Position numbers and translations under genes: made by a program. From positions 1 through 53,356 of the IMG/VR virus record IMGVR_UViG_3300038548_000358: a stretch of 53,356 nucleotides of DNA. One strand, 5' to 3'. Below are positions 11,501-20,662 of the stretch, piece after piece. The notes under the pieces were generated by a model. It saw only the letters and a program-made list of their open reading frames with translations. It was not told the origin of the DNA and did not search any database. The first letter of the stretch is position 1, and the number at the start of each line of letters is the position of its first letter. This DNA comes from a virus (taxonomy: Duplodnaviria; Caudoviricetes).

Positions 11501-11798
11501 ACTGTTGTGCTCTTTCAAATTTATCGAAGGCTGCCTCCCTGTCTTTAGCTAGTTTAACCTCGGCCAGCCTTGTTTTTTCGACTGCCTCAGCTACTTTCTT
11601 TTGAGAGTCCACGTTCTTTTTTAGTTGAGCATCTAAATCATTCGATGTCTTAATACTCGATAAGCTAGTGTTAAGCTCTCGGGCACTCTTAGAGGTCTCG
11701 ATAATTTTATCGTTCAGCATACTGACCGCCTTAACGCCTTTATCTACCTCAACTATCGCCTGTTTTGCTACGATTATATCTATTTGCCCCTTTGCCAT
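8580..11798 (-). CDS. Tail tape measure protein (TP901-type core)
   Basis: 1072 aa, helical and Ala-rich. Contains AKELGATT..TANEV...ARLGF and LADAGIETSTAATSLRN motifs typical of TMPs. Confidence 0.92.
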   Translation of the reverse strand: MAKGQIDIIVAKQAIVEVDKGVKAVSMLNDKIIETSKSARELNTSLSSIKTSNDLDAQLKKNVDSQKKVAEAVEKTRLAEVKLAKDREAAFDKFERAQQSANRARVKESEAITRNKLALDKQRKSMVETSRAYKKLSQDSVKARKNAQDLGATFGTTSKQFKIAAAEANRLNNKLKQIDAATGVYGRSVGNYGSALKGAIGFTKQMVSALGLMGGAFLAVQIIKNAAKTIKEFNKETAVLASVLQKSRKEIKPLIKSAKELGATTAKTANEVVKLQVSYARLGFEMAEIVQLTEATIMGSIAMNSELDETANLVGAIVNSMDELNTTDAPAIIDAMSLATAKSALNFEKLSNGLPIVLGAANALNVPFTKVVATLGKLADAGIETSTAATSLRNIFIESARLGIDYEEALQKITLSQDKLTTANEIFGKRAAVSALIVAQSAEGVRELDTALQGAIGTAEKMATVQLDTLTGEITLANSAWDGFILSVEDGEGSISKAVRSAVGSFTQLFNSLTEINEATEAIGPELINDGGWLDLVGLGFIKVASNMGKATGSLKILNQELKDLRGSDVTVQDLSDAYIFYEKVLLDTDASDKIHTATLEFMLTKIEELVMAKKAQIKTDQDLEDKLFEQKEVLIDLLLVIDESLELKELDKKTTKELTAMLNRYNEELKRQEDILDGSIESLKEMIKANSEIIEQTNDKSLRRKLQGENLLLAKQLKLMQAIPKAVKAIKAVSVGVVTQEGLAEREASKVDRGTALAGGGTADFPDSAEDLPGQDPFNFDVGGASAFETAVDDVGIFVDEYGSLLGQATDITNAFFDNRLARIQEDIDASNAFFDEQIAAAEGNQAQQERLEQEKAKKEAELRKKGQKEQIKAAIFQRSVAALSIILNTATAVIGALAPPPTGLGPIAGIPLAVGVGVLGAAQLALTLAAPLPKFKDGTKAPLSRDTMAITGDGGKHEPITLGGQLIGVSPSTSTLTMLPKGAEVHKDFESLASSSNYDLEAINRAAVMTSLYSDSAKLNAVQSANLFDIALDKYHGGIQKEIKQGLKKFSSNTSITINTEHLRFENDTL

Positions 11799-12406
11799 TA
11801 TGTTGTGGTTTTATTAGATTCTTTTGCTTTCCTTACCATTGCGACCCATTTTGACATCATGGTCCTCTCAGGGTCTATATTTTTGCCCCCACCTAGAGCT
11901 TGCTCAACATTTACGATGTCTCTGTCCAAGTCTAGTTTTTCCTCGTTTAATTCCTTCCTGTGGGTCTTTTCGAATTCTGCTTTTTTTATTAGGATGTTAG
12001 ATCTTAAAGATTTTAAACTCCTGAATACTCGGGCAATCTCAGCCTTTAAAGGCTTTCTCCTATCCATTGAATACCCCCAATTGGATATCTCCTTCATAAA
12101 CTTGAGTTGTTCAACTCTCAATACTTGGACCGATAGACGCTCCAAGAGCTTACTGGTGATATTTAGTTTTTTCTCTAGCTTACTAATTAAAGCTAGTTGT
12201 TTAAAGGATTGCTTAATCACCTTGTCATCCTTTAAATCTATATATTCTCTAAACAAAACATTCCAACACTCGGAAAGTTCGTTTTTTAATTTCTCATCAA
12301 TTTCAACACCTTCATACTGCTCAAGTAGATACTTGTACTCTTTCGTGTCTAAGATTTCGTAAAATCTAAACATTGAAACTGTCCTACATGTCGATAGTAT
12401 TCTCAT
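11798..12406 (-). CDS. Hypothetical protein upstream of TMP (possible tail assembly chaperone)
   Basis: Position. The probable start is ATG 12406, overlapping the upstream TGA (ATGA). Confidence 0.5.
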   Translation of the reverse strand: MRILSTCRTVSMFRFYEILDTKEYKYLLEQYEGVEIDEKLKNELSECWNVLFREYIDLKDDKVIKQSFKQLALISKLEKKLNITSKLLERLSVQVLRVEQLKFMKEISNWGYSMDRRKPLKAEIARVFRSLKSLRSNILIKKAEFEKTHRKELNEEKLDLDRDIVNVEQALGGGKNIDPERTMMSKWVAMVRKAKESNKTTT

Positions 12407-12858
12407 TTGTTGACTATGTTTTGTGCAAAGATTTGTAATTGTGGGCCTATGATGTCCCAATTTACAATCTCTTGGTTTTTTACCTGCATGAAGAAAATCG
12501 AGTCTCCATACTTTTTTATTAAATCTTCTCTTTTCTTGTCTGTTGGGAACACTTCTAAAATAAAGCTACCGTAATCGGTTGTAAATGATTTGTGCAAATC
12601 CCCCGAATCGAATAGGTTCACCTGTGTCCCTACTATTTTTGGATAACCTCTCTCGTTACTATGTTCAAAAGGTTTATCTCGAGTGATAGAATACACTCCT
12701 ATGATTTTACCCTGCCCATCCTCACCATCTTCAAATATTTGATCCTCTCTTATTAAATCAACTATTTGCTTTTCGAACTTTAGAATTATTTTTGCAGTCT
12801 CTTGATTTAGGCCATCTCTGACTTGTTTCAACCTGTTCAAATATTCTAGCGTGTTCAT
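12403..12858 (-). CDS. Putative neck/tail completion (virion morphogenesis) protein
   Basis: VNLFDSGDLHKS resembles the L.DTG.L motif of virion morphogenesis proteins. Position in the tail module. Confidence 0.5.
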   Translation of the reverse strand: MNTLEYLNRLKQVRDGLNQETAKIILKFEKQIVDLIREDQIFEDGEDGQGKIIGVYSITRDKPFEHSNERGYPKIVGTQVNLFDSGDLHKSFTTDYGSFILEVFPTDKKREDLIKKYGDSIFFMQVKNQEIVNWDIIGPQLQIFAQNIVNK

Positions 12859-12871
12859 TCTTAACTGTTTT

Positions 12872-12900
12872 AAAAAGGGTACGCCTTAATAACGTACCCT
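12872..12900 (-). terminator. Intrinsic terminator after major tail protein
   Basis: AGGGTACG/CGTACCCT 8-bp stem followed by TTTT on the minus strand. Confidence 0.75.
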
Positions 12901-12925
12901 AGTTTTAAATCAAAAGGGAAATATA

Positions 12926-13861
12926 CTAAACCACTGTGGCTTCTAATTCATTTGATCCGTAGATGTCATCACCTACTAAAATAGCATCAGTTTGAGGTAC
13001 GATCACCGCATCCCATAACTGAACTTTCACAACCTCGTTGGTCGCTATTGCTGCCAATGTTCCGGTGTATCTTCCTGGTACTGTCAAACTTTCCACGAAA
13101 GTAGTCACTGTAACAACACCTTCGACCAATACTCTGAAATTAGCCGTAGCCAATCCTTCTAAGGCTGTAACCTTGTCAGCTGTACTGATCACATCAATCT
13201 CGATGGTTGTGTCTGTATCCGATGGAGCAGCAACAAATGATAAGGTGATATCATTAACACCGTCAACCTCCTCAGGAGAGAACCCAGTCTCGTCAGCGTT
13301 CAAACCGATTAGCCTGTCATCTTGCTCAGCTCTGTCCAATAATTGGAATGTGATAGACTTGGTAGTCTCCACTGTTCCATCTGCCCATTTTCTTTTTTCA
13401 GGGTTCAGCATTCCTGCCTTGAATCCTTTACCTAGACCTGTTCGGCTCTCAGTAAGTAAGAAGTTGTCACTCTCATCAACTAGCAAGATGTCGTATGCCC
13501 CAAAACTGTCTAAACTAGACATCGCTTTGTTGAAATACTCACCCTTCTTGTACTCAAGAGTAAACTTGTATCTTCCCTTGTTGGCCTTAAGATCAACACC
13601 AGACTGCGTGGTCTGGATAGTGTCATCAGCTGAATTGTCGATGAATCCTATGGCGTTAATTAAAGGAATTGCTATTCCTTGTTGAACCCAACCTTGTAAA
13701 AAGGCTTTGTTAAAATCGTCCGAGTCCTCGATCACTGTGCCTTTTTTAATGGCATAGAAACCGTTGATAAGGTCGATATTAAATTTACAGTTTTTTGAGC
13801 CTGTACCTAAAGCTTTCAGGGTACAGTCTACTTTATTTTTAATGCTTCCGAAAAGTCCCAT
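12926..13861 (-). CDS. Major tail (tube) protein, putative
   Basis: 311 aa, between head-tail genes and TMP, followed by a terminator, with a beta-rich C-terminal extension. Confidence 0.65.
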   Translation of the reverse strand: MGLFGSIKNKVDCTLKALGTGSKNCKFNIDLINGFYAIKKGTVIEDSDDFNKAFLQGWVQQGIAIPLINAIGFIDNSADDTIQTTQSGVDLKANKGRYKFTLEYKKGEYFNKAMSSLDSFGAYDILLVDESDNFLLTESRTGLGKGFKAGMLNPEKRKWADGTVETTKSITFQLLDRAEQDDRLIGLNADETGFSPEEVDGVNDITLSFVAAPSDTDTTIEIDVISTADKVTALEGLATANFRVLVEGVVTVTTFVESLTVPGRYTGTLAAIATNEVVKVQLWDAVIVPQTDAILVGDDIYGSNELEATVV

Positions 13862-14020
13862 TTATTTTATCTTTTTAAGTTTTCGTAAATAAGCGGCACC
13901 CTCAACGGTAAGTTGAATAGTGTCACCAGTTTTGTACTTCTTATTTTTGGTAGGGAAATCACCGATTAATTTATAACCTGCTCTTTTCACCTCCTTTTTA
14001 GTGTCTGGTTTTTTAGACAT
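13862..14020 (-). CDS. Small basic protein (52 aa, MSKKPDTKKE...)
   Basis: Not in the ORF track. It exactly fills the gap and its stop abuts the tail protein ATG. Confidence 0.65.
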   Translation of the reverse strand: MSKKPDTKKEVKRAGYKLIGDFPTKNKKYKTGDTIQLTVEGAAYLRKLKKIK

Positions 14021-14516
14021 AATTAATAGTTTTTAGACATTCATTGTCGTTAAAATTTATCTCAATAGTTAGTTTTACAGCATCCCAAAGATCAATAGTG
14101 TAGTTCTCATCTGCTTCCGAGTAGTTTGGAAATTTAAAAATACCGTAATTGGTTCCCCCTACCAGTGTCGAAATACCTGATTTAGTTAATCCTTGTATAA
14201 GATTAGCTGTGGTCGGGTTCAGAATAACGTCAAAGGAATTTATGTACCTCTCATCGTTAAACATTTCTTTTCTAGTTTCTCTGGTTGCAATTATAAGCTC
14301 ACATGACTTATTTACCGTTTGACCTCGGTTGATATAGTTATCAATTGAAGGTAAGAGCCATATCAAAGGATATACGTCTGGCTTCAATTTCAAATACCTA
14401 CCTAATTCAGCTTTATCACCCCACCCGAAAAATGGCTTGTTAGATACAGAATCATTTAAGCGAACGATTGGCATTGTGCCAACTATATCTCTTATGCTAT
14501 GTTCTACAACTATCAT
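14013..14516 (-). CDS. Putative tail terminator/head-tail joining protein
   Basis: Size and synteny only. Confidence 0.5.
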   Translation of the reverse strand: MIVVEHSIRDIVGTMPIVRLNDSVSNKPFFGWGDKAELGRYLKLKPDVYPLIWLLPSIDNYINRGQTVNKSCELIIATRETRKEMFNDERYINSFDVILNPTTANLIQGLTKSGISTLVGGTNYGIFKFPNYSEADENYTIDLWDAVKLTIEINFNDNECLKTINYV

Positions 14517-15220
14517 ATACCAAATCTATTATAAGGTGCGTAAATCTTGAATTGGAAGTCTGGAAAAGCTGTAGGGTCTAATTCGTTAGAATCGTTCAAA
14601 TACTGCCACAGTGACGCTTGCACGTTTCGTGTGAATTGTTTGTATAATTCAATTGAATCAAGATACCCTAAGTAATCCTTTCCTGCACTGCATGTGTTCC
14701 CGTAACCTTTACCTGAATACATACTCGAGTAGTTTCTACGAAACTGATATAGGTCTCCTTGGTATTGTTCTAAGAAGCTCCCGAAGGATCTCACGTATTT
14801 AGCGGTGGAGTCTGCTGTCACTGCTGTGTCGGATTGGTTTTTAACCACTCCAACAGTCGCATAGGTTAACTCATCAAACACTAAGTATTGTGAGTACGCA
14901 TAGAAAGCAACTAAACTCTGTTTTAAGAATCCTCTTAACCCATCCCAAATATATGTTTTACCATCAATAACATAGGTACTGCCTGTAACTAACTTATCCC
15001 ATTTCGGGTCGGCTGCGCCTAGATCATCTAAGGCTACAACTAACTGAGCGTATAGAGTAACACCTAAGGCGTTAAGCAATAGTTCCCTCTCATACTTCTT
15101 CCTGATAGCGGTCAGATTAGTCTGAGCCGTTGGGCTTCCTTCTGGTTGTGCATTCAGGTCTTTGTTGTTCGGGATGAACAACTCGGCTGTTTCAAAATAT
15201 GTGTCATCTATTACATCCAT
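14513..15220 (-). CDS. Putative head-tail adaptor protein
   Basis: First gene after the capsid block. Helical. Confidence 0.5.
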   Translation of the reverse strand: MDVIDDTYFETAELFIPNNKDLNAQPEGSPTAQTNLTAIRKKYERELLLNALGVTLYAQLVVALDDLGAADPKWDKLVTGSTYVIDGKTYIWDGLRGFLKQSLVAFYAYSQYLVFDELTYATVGVVKNQSDTAVTADSTAKYVRSFGSFLEQYQGDLYQFRRNYSSMYSGKGYGNTCSAGKDYLGYLDSIELYKQFTRNVQASLWQYLNDSNELDPTAFPDFQFKIYAPYNRFGI

Positions 15221-15237
15221 TTGGCTCTATTTATTAA

Positions 15238-15265
15238 TAAAAAAGGAGGTTTTTAGTCTCCTTTT
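15238..15265 (-). terminator. Intrinsic terminator after capsid block
   Basis: AAAAGGAG/CTCCTTTT inverted repeat with T-tract. Confidence 0.6.
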
Positions 15266-15277
15266 TTAAATTGGTTC

Positions 15278-15559
15278 TTATGTTAGATCAAGCTCCTCTC
15301 TTTTAGCGTTAACCGCCTCAACCACAGTGACTCTTTTGTCAGACTCAAACGGCTTTAACCCTTCAAGGCTTTCAACCTTTTGGATTAATTCGATTAAGTC
15401 GGCTGCATGTTTAGGTAGCTCGTTTCCTGAATTAACAGGAGGCTTTGCCTTCTCTGACTTCTCTATCGTGATTTTAAGGTTTCCACGCCTTGCACGGATT
15501 TTTAACTCCCGTGCAATTTGTGAAATCTTTTTATCACTACCTTCTATTTTTAAAATCAT
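15278..15559 (-). CDS. Hypothetical protein downstream of capsid
   Basis: 93-aa ORF with a helical C-terminal motif (DKRVTVVEAV). Confidence 0.6.
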   Translation of the reverse strand: MILKIEGSDKKISQIARELKIRARRGNLKITIEKSEKAKPPVNSGNELPKHAADLIELIQKVESLEGLKPFESDKRVTVVEAVNAKREELDLT

Positions 15560-15591
15560 AATTTAAAGATTAAAAGTGTTAGTGGTTAATA

Positions 15592-17322
15592 TTAAGGAGT
15601 CTCTAATTGAGTCTTAGCAGTGCTAAATTTCCCAAAAGTAAACCAGAATGGGTTATAGATAGGGAAGATTATCTCTTCCTGGATAACTATAACGATCTCG
15701 TTTTTCTTAACACTTGCAACGTCCTCTACAAATTGGATGTTTAAAGGAGTAAACTCTTTTAATTCAACCCCATTTCTTGAGAAGTCACCTGCTAAGAATT
15801 TCCCGAAAGGCATCGCTGTTGTTGTTGCAACAGGTTTACCATTAACTCCAGTAATCTTACCATTTTGATCTTTTGCGATATTCAAGTAGTTACCCTGAGT
15901 GTCTTTCAACAATCCCATCTGAGTAGCTTGACTTGGGTGGATCACATAACCAGTATTTACAAATTCACCAGCTTCTAAGTTGGCATCTGCTACTGCTAAC
16001 ACGTCATACTCTTGAGCGTTATCAATTTGCTGATAGAAGTGAGACTGAGAACTTCCCGTCCATGCACTAGTATCTGCCTCAACAACGAAGGTAAGGTCGA
16101 TTAAAACCTGAGTGGTATTGATTACCTCAACAGATTTGTGAGTGGCGTTGTACGAAGCTTCCGAAGCATTCGCAATAATCAAATTATCTCCGTTCTGTAG
16201 CCCATGTACGGCTGCGAAAGTAATCAAGGCTTGGTCCCCACCATCATAAGTAGCAACACTTGCAAAAGCAGTAGCTACATAAGTATTTGGTGCTAAGTCA
16301 AAGGCTTGAGCCTCTTTAGTCAACCCTTTTACATTTTCACCTAAGCCATCACCGAACAACAACTGTACATCCTCAACGAATAAGGTTGCATCTGGTAATT
16401 TCGCCAATACTTTATTGATAACAAAAGCAAGCCCGTTTACTGCGATTTCTCTTTTTGAGATTCTCATAGAGTTTGCGATACGTTTCATTCCCCAAGTGTT
16501 TTCTTTTGATTTGAATACACTCTCAGGAGCTTCCCCATTCTCAGCTAACATCACAGCCCCTAAGGTCAATGCATCAGTGAAATCATAAACCTGACCGGCT
16601 ACGATCTGAGCTTGGTTGGTCATACTCACATTTAACAAGTCTCTAACGTGAGAGGTTCTTGTTGGGTTGTCATCAGCAACGATGTCAGACACCTCGCTAA
16701 TCATCACCACGCCTGTGTGGCTTGATGTATCTACTGTAGCTTTACCTACAATCCCCTCAGGAGATCCTTTTGCTGAGCCTAATTCTCTAAGCTCAATTTT
16801 GTCAGCTGCTTGGTCCAAGAACATTTTATTTGTCCCTCCAATGAATCCACGACTTTTAAAAGTTTCGAATTCTGTAGATGATAAACCTTGCTTGATCAAC
16901 TCTTGAATGTGAGTTTTTCTGCTTGATTTTCTACGTACATCAGGAACAACTGGCCCTCTGTTTTCTAACTTAAGGATTGCCTCCCCTTGTTTTTCTGCGA
17001 TCCCTTTGATGGTCTTAGCCAACTCCGTTACTGTTGTAACGTTTTCTTTAAGGGTGTCGATGGTCTTAACATATTTATTCAATGCCTCAACAGGCATATC
17101 CTTAATAGTTGAGTTGAAATCTTTCTTAACTTGTTCGATTTCATCTTTCGTAAGAAAGTCCTTAGTGGCTTTCTCTAATTTTGCATCAAAGCCAGCTAAT
17201 AGCTCTTTTCTTTGATGGTCTGCTTTGTCTGCGGTATATTGAGCTAACTCCTCAACAGATAATGCCGTTTTTTGTTCGGCAGTGATATCTTCAAAATTAC
17301 CGTCTTTCATCCAAATTTTCAT
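15592..17322 (-). CDS. Major capsid protein (HK97 fold) with N-terminal scaffold domain and internal insertion
   Basis: Follows the protease. Contains ENGEAPES, IHPSQ...LLKDTQGNYL, VNGKPV...MP.GKFLAGDFS motifs. Confidence 0.9.
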   Translation of the reverse strand: MKIWMKDGNFEDITAEQKTALSVEELAQYTADKADHQRKELLAGFDAKLEKATKDFLTKDEIEQVKKDFNSTIKDMPVEALNKYVKTIDTLKENVTTVTELAKTIKGIAEKQGEAILKLENRGPVVPDVRRKSSRKTHIQELIKQGLSSTEFETFKSRGFIGGTNKMFLDQAADKIELRELGSAKGSPEGIVGKATVDTSSHTGVVMISEVSDIVADDNPTRTSHVRDLLNVSMTNQAQIVAGQVYDFTDALTLGAVMLAENGEAPESVFKSKENTWGMKRIANSMRISKREIAVNGLAFVINKVLAKLPDATLFVEDVQLLFGDGLGENVKGLTKEAQAFDLAPNTYVATAFASVATYDGGDQALITFAAVHGLQNGDNLIIANASEASYNATHKSVEVINTTQVLIDLTFVVEADTSAWTGSSQSHFYQQIDNAQEYDVLAVADANLEAGEFVNTGYVIHPSQATQMGLLKDTQGNYLNIAKDQNGKITGVNGKPVATTTAMPFGKFLAGDFSRNGVELKEFTPLNIQFVEDVASVKKNEIVIVIQEEIIFPIYNPFWFTFGKFSTAKTQLETP

Positions 17323-17333
17323 AATTTGTGCTT

Positions 17334-18155
17334 TTAAAGGTGTAAATAAAATTCTCTTAACTTATCTTGAAGTGCTTTGGCAGCGGCTTCTTTTGGAGTG
17401 TCTGTGACGGCTCCCTTGGTTTCTATGTTTAGCGTTGGTGTAAACTTGTTACTTCCAACTGGTACGGCTGACCCCTCAACGATCTTGGCCTCATGCACTG
17501 CCCAGAAAAACCCCTGAACCTCTGCATCTTCTTTGTTCGCAATCTCATCGATATACTTGTCCCATACCTCTTTTTCATCTCTGTCCCACTTACTCTCAGA
17601 GTTTAAGGCTAACTCTAGTTTCACATATCTCATCCCAACGCTGTGGTTCTTAACGAATCCTTTTGCATACTGTTCGAACATGAAAGGGTTTCTGTCTTTG
17701 TTCGCCTCAACCATGAATATTAGTGCCTCAGTGTCTCCACTAAAAGTAGCCCCGACCTCGCTCCAACTCATTATCTGAGTACTTGCTTTCACATTGTCGG
17801 TTATGATGTTGGCGAAAGTCATTCTGTGCTCCTGTAAGAGTAACAAATCCTTTTTCTCCTTAACTGACTTTTTCCAGATACCTTTCAAATGTACATCTGA
17901 GTGGCTATCCATCACATTGGTGGTGTTGATAACCAAAGACATTTTTAAAACATTGATTTGAGAGATGTCTATGATGTCGGCTTTTATGACCTCGCCCTTG
18001 TCGTTTTCCCTAATTATTACGTTAAAAACTGTATCAGCTTCTTTGGTAATCATCTTTTTTTGGGCGATAAGAGTGTCTTTGTTTTCTCTCAGTGCCTTGA
18101 ACATATCCTCCTTAGTGGCGAATTGTTGTTTGGGAAACTCTTTTATGGTTATCAT
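17334..18155 (-). CDS. Prohead (capsid maturation) protease
   Basis: DSHSDVHLKG.WKKS, QEH, HSVG, EGSAVPVGSN..TP motifs. Lies between portal and capsid. Confidence 0.85.
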   Translation of the reverse strand: MITIKEFPKQQFATKEDMFKALRENKDTLIAQKKMITKEADTVFNVIIRENDKGEVIKADIIDISQINVLKMSLVINTTNVMDSHSDVHLKGIWKKSVKEKKDLLLLQEHRMTFANIITDNVKASTQIMSWSEVGATFSGDTEALIFMVEANKDRNPFMFEQYAKGFVKNHSVGMRYVKLELALNSESKWDRDEKEVWDKYIDEIANKEDAEVQGFFWAVHEAKIVEGSAVPVGSNKFTPTLNIETKGAVTDTPKEAAAKALQDKLREFYLHL

Positions 18156-18271
18156 TTCAAAACTGTTTTATTCCCTTTTAAAGCTGCCATCTTATTCTTG
18201 ATTGACTCCTTTAAGTTGAGGTTATTCGTATTCTTTTTAGTTTTTTCTAATTTCTCGATATTATTCTCCAT
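18152..18271 (-). CDS. Small basic protein (39 aa, MENNIEKLEK...GNKTVLK)
   Basis: Not in the ORF track. Overlaps the portal stop and is ATGA-coupled to the protease start. Confidence 0.55.
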   Translation of the reverse strand: MENNIEKLEKTKKNTNNLNLKESIKNKMAALKGNKTVLK

Positions 18272-19646
18272 CGCTTGGCGTGTTAATGGTTATACCTATC
18301 GTTTGCAACTCCTTATCGGTTAAATCGAATATCGTTTTAGTTCCGATGCTTGCGTTCTCAGGCTGACCAAATGAGGCCAAGTATGTATTATAGTTAATTG
18401 CTCCTATCTTAAATGCGTCTAGGGCTGTTTCTTGGTTCTTGTTGTTGACTTCTGCCTCCTCTTTTTGGTTTTTCTGCAATACCTTTAAGTGATCAAACGT
18501 CCCGAGCAACTCTATTCCGAGCGACTCAGTTTTAAAAAAGTTATTCAGGGATATCATGAAATCCTTAGACTCAGGTATGACAGTTGAGTCGTAAAGTCTC
18601 CTTTCGTCTACGTTGCTGTCTGTACCAAGTGTCCCTGTTTTGATATAATATCTTACCAGTGACTCAGGAACTCCGTAGCCATTACATACTGCGATAGCTG
18701 CATTAGCGACAGAACTGTCCAACATTAAATCCTTCATACTAAACCCTGTTTTTTGCCATTTTAATGGCTGAGGTGATATGATTTGTTGGTACTGACCCTC
18801 TAATGTTCCGTATTTCTTAAAAGCTTCCTGCACGTTATCTATTTCACTATCATTCAAGGGCAGTGATCCCAAGACGCTGTCTCCCCTATCCGAAGTCCAT
18901 GCTCCGTGAGGTCCACGTTGTTTTATGATAACGTTTTGACTTTCCAGTGCTCTGTCAACAATAGAAATAGGTTTTTGTAGTGCGATTAGCTTGGAGTTTC
19001 CCTCAGTAAAGTGTCTATCTAGTTTGATATTCACGTTGTTTGTGTGGAAAACTTTATTTGTGTGTAGTTCTTTATCTAATCCGTTGGCTGATCTTAGCCT
19101 GTAGCATTTTATAATTTCATCCTTCCTAGTAGCTTCAAGCCAATGTCCTGTAATTACAGGAGTCACCAAGTATGGAGGTAGGTTATTGATAACCCTAATC
19201 TCCTCATAAGTGAAAATATCCTCGAATCCAACAGGTAAAGAGGCGTAAGAGTATCCATTTCCAAAAACCTCGCTGTTTACCTTGAATTGCCTCAACCACT
19301 CGAAAGTGGACTGCAGTGGGTTAGGTTTAGCTAATAGGTCTTTAAGTTTACCCCCGTCATCCTTGTACTGGTTTATCGGGGTGACCTCATCTGTTTTTAA
19401 ATCCTTAACACTAAACCTCATATTTGAGAAAGCCAATGCTTTGACATCTATGACAGCCTGTACTACAGGATTTTCGCAATAACAATTAAGTAAATAGATT
19501 GACTCGGATAAGTTCCGGTATGAAGGAGTACCTCCTACAATAGTTAATGTGTTCAGCCCTATTAAGCCCGCATTTGAAGAGGTCGAGCCCCTTAAGCTCA
19601 AGCCGAGTTTAATGACATTATTCCCGATAAAAGAACCGATTCCCAT
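18261..19646 (-). CDS. Portal protein (HK97-like)
   Basis: LAKPNPLQS.FEW, VFGNGY, ICN/VCNGYGVP-type motifs. 461 aa. Confidence 0.92.
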   Translation of the reverse strand: MGIGSFIGNNVIKLGLSLRGSTSSNAGLIGLNTLTIVGGTPSYRNLSESIYLLNCYCENPVVQAVIDVKALAFSNMRFSVKDLKTDEVTPINQYKDDGGKLKDLLAKPNPLQSTFEWLRQFKVNSEVFGNGYSYASLPVGFEDIFTYEEIRVINNLPPYLVTPVITGHWLEATRKDEIIKCYRLRSANGLDKELHTNKVFHTNNVNIKLDRHFTEGNSKLIALQKPISIVDRALESQNVIIKQRGPHGAWTSDRGDSVLGSLPLNDSEIDNVQEAFKKYGTLEGQYQQIISPQPLKWQKTGFSMKDLMLDSSVANAAIAVCNGYGVPESLVRYYIKTGTLGTDSNVDERRLYDSTVIPESKDFMISLNNFFKTESLGIELLGTFDHLKVLQKNQKEEAEVNNKNQETALDAFKIGAINYNTYLASFGQPENASIGTKTIFDLTDKELQTIGITINTPSDGE

Positions 19647-19669
19647 ACTTGTAGTAGTTTAAACTATCA

Positions 19670-19677
19670 CAAATATA
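19670..19677 (-). promoter_or_regulatory. Bacteroidota -7 promoter box TATATTTG upstream of portal
   Basis: Matches the TAnnTTTG consensus in an AT-rich intergenic gap. Confidence 0.7.
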
Positions 19678-19709
19678 GGAAAATATATTTAATATAAGGT
19701 AAAATAGTA

Positions 19710-20240
19710 TCAATTTAGTTTTTTAAACAGCTGGATCGTGGCTTTTGTATCAGCTAAAGCTGAGTGCTCTTGCTCGTTTATTATGCCAAAATGCCTACAT
19801 AAATCACCTAATTTGCAACTTTTTAGGTTTAATCTACGCTTAGCCATCAGTAAAGTATCTTTTTGGTTTAAAGTCCTGATGGATGCATCAGCAAACCTAT
19901 TGAGCAGATGTTCTACTCTTGGCACATCGAATGCCTTAGAATTGTGGCCAATCAACGTAGTGATGTTATTCTTAAGTAGGAACTTGACAAGCCTGTCCAT
20001 GGCTACCTTAACAGGGGTCCCTTCTTTTTCCAAGAACTCAACAGTTAAACAGTTTACTTTCATAGCGTCCTCTTTGTAGGAGACCAACTCGTTTGAGTTT
20101 TCTCTAAGGTAGGGCTTTATAAAAACATGATAAGTATCAGTTATGTTGAGGTTGTTGTCCACTGCTATAAAAGCGATCTCACAGACTCCGTTCTTTGTCT
20201 TGGAGAATCCACCCGTTTCTATGTCTAGGAATGCTATCAT
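19710..20240 (-). CDS. DEDDh 3'-5' exonuclease (DnaQ-like)
   Basis: FLDIETGG, GHN..FD, HSALAD motifs. Confidence 0.92.
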   Translation of the reverse strand: MIAFLDIETGGFSKTKNGVCEIAFIAVDNNLNITDTYHVFIKPYLRENSNELVSYKEDAMKVNCLTVEFLEKEGTPVKVAMDRLVKFLLKNNITTLIGHNSKAFDVPRVEHLLNRFADASIRTLNQKDTLLMAKRRLNLKSCKLGDLCRHFGIINEQEHSALADTKATIQLFKKLN

Positions 20241-20659
20241 GATTGTCTGCTTGGTTGTAATATTAAAGTTAATCCTACTAAGAATTGCACAGCTGCCACC
20301 CCCACCATTACGTGGTGTAGATGTTCAATAGATTCAGCATAAGGTGTCGTCTGCTTCACAGGCATAAGCGAGATAGAGATGAAGGCAACCGCCAGAGCCA
20401 GTAATATGAGGCTTAACACTGCGAATATTTTATCTAGTCTCACCCCTGCGAATATTTTATCTAGTCTTTTCATAATAAGTTTTATTGCTTTTTTAACCTC
20501 AGCTTTGAGATTATTGGTTGCGGTGCTTAGGTCATCCAGTTCCCCCTGCAGGGTTTTCTTACTCCTGTTTAGCTTAATCAATAATTTTACTAGGAGGAGG
20601 ATTGCTCCCCAGCCTAGTAAAATTATACATAGTTGTGTTACTGCTTCCTGTGCTTCCAT
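20237..20659 (-). CDS. Hypothetical membrane protein
   Basis: 3 hydrophobic segments and an internal RLDKIFA duplication. Confidence 0.6.
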   Translation of the reverse strand: MEAQEAVTQLCIILLGWGAILLLVKLLIKLNRSKKTLQGELDDLSTATNNLKAEVKKAIKLIMKRLDKIFAGVRLDKIFAVLSLILLALAVAFISISLMPVKQTTPYAESIEHLHHVMVGVAAVQFLVGLTLILQPSRQS

Positions 20660-20662
20660 AGG

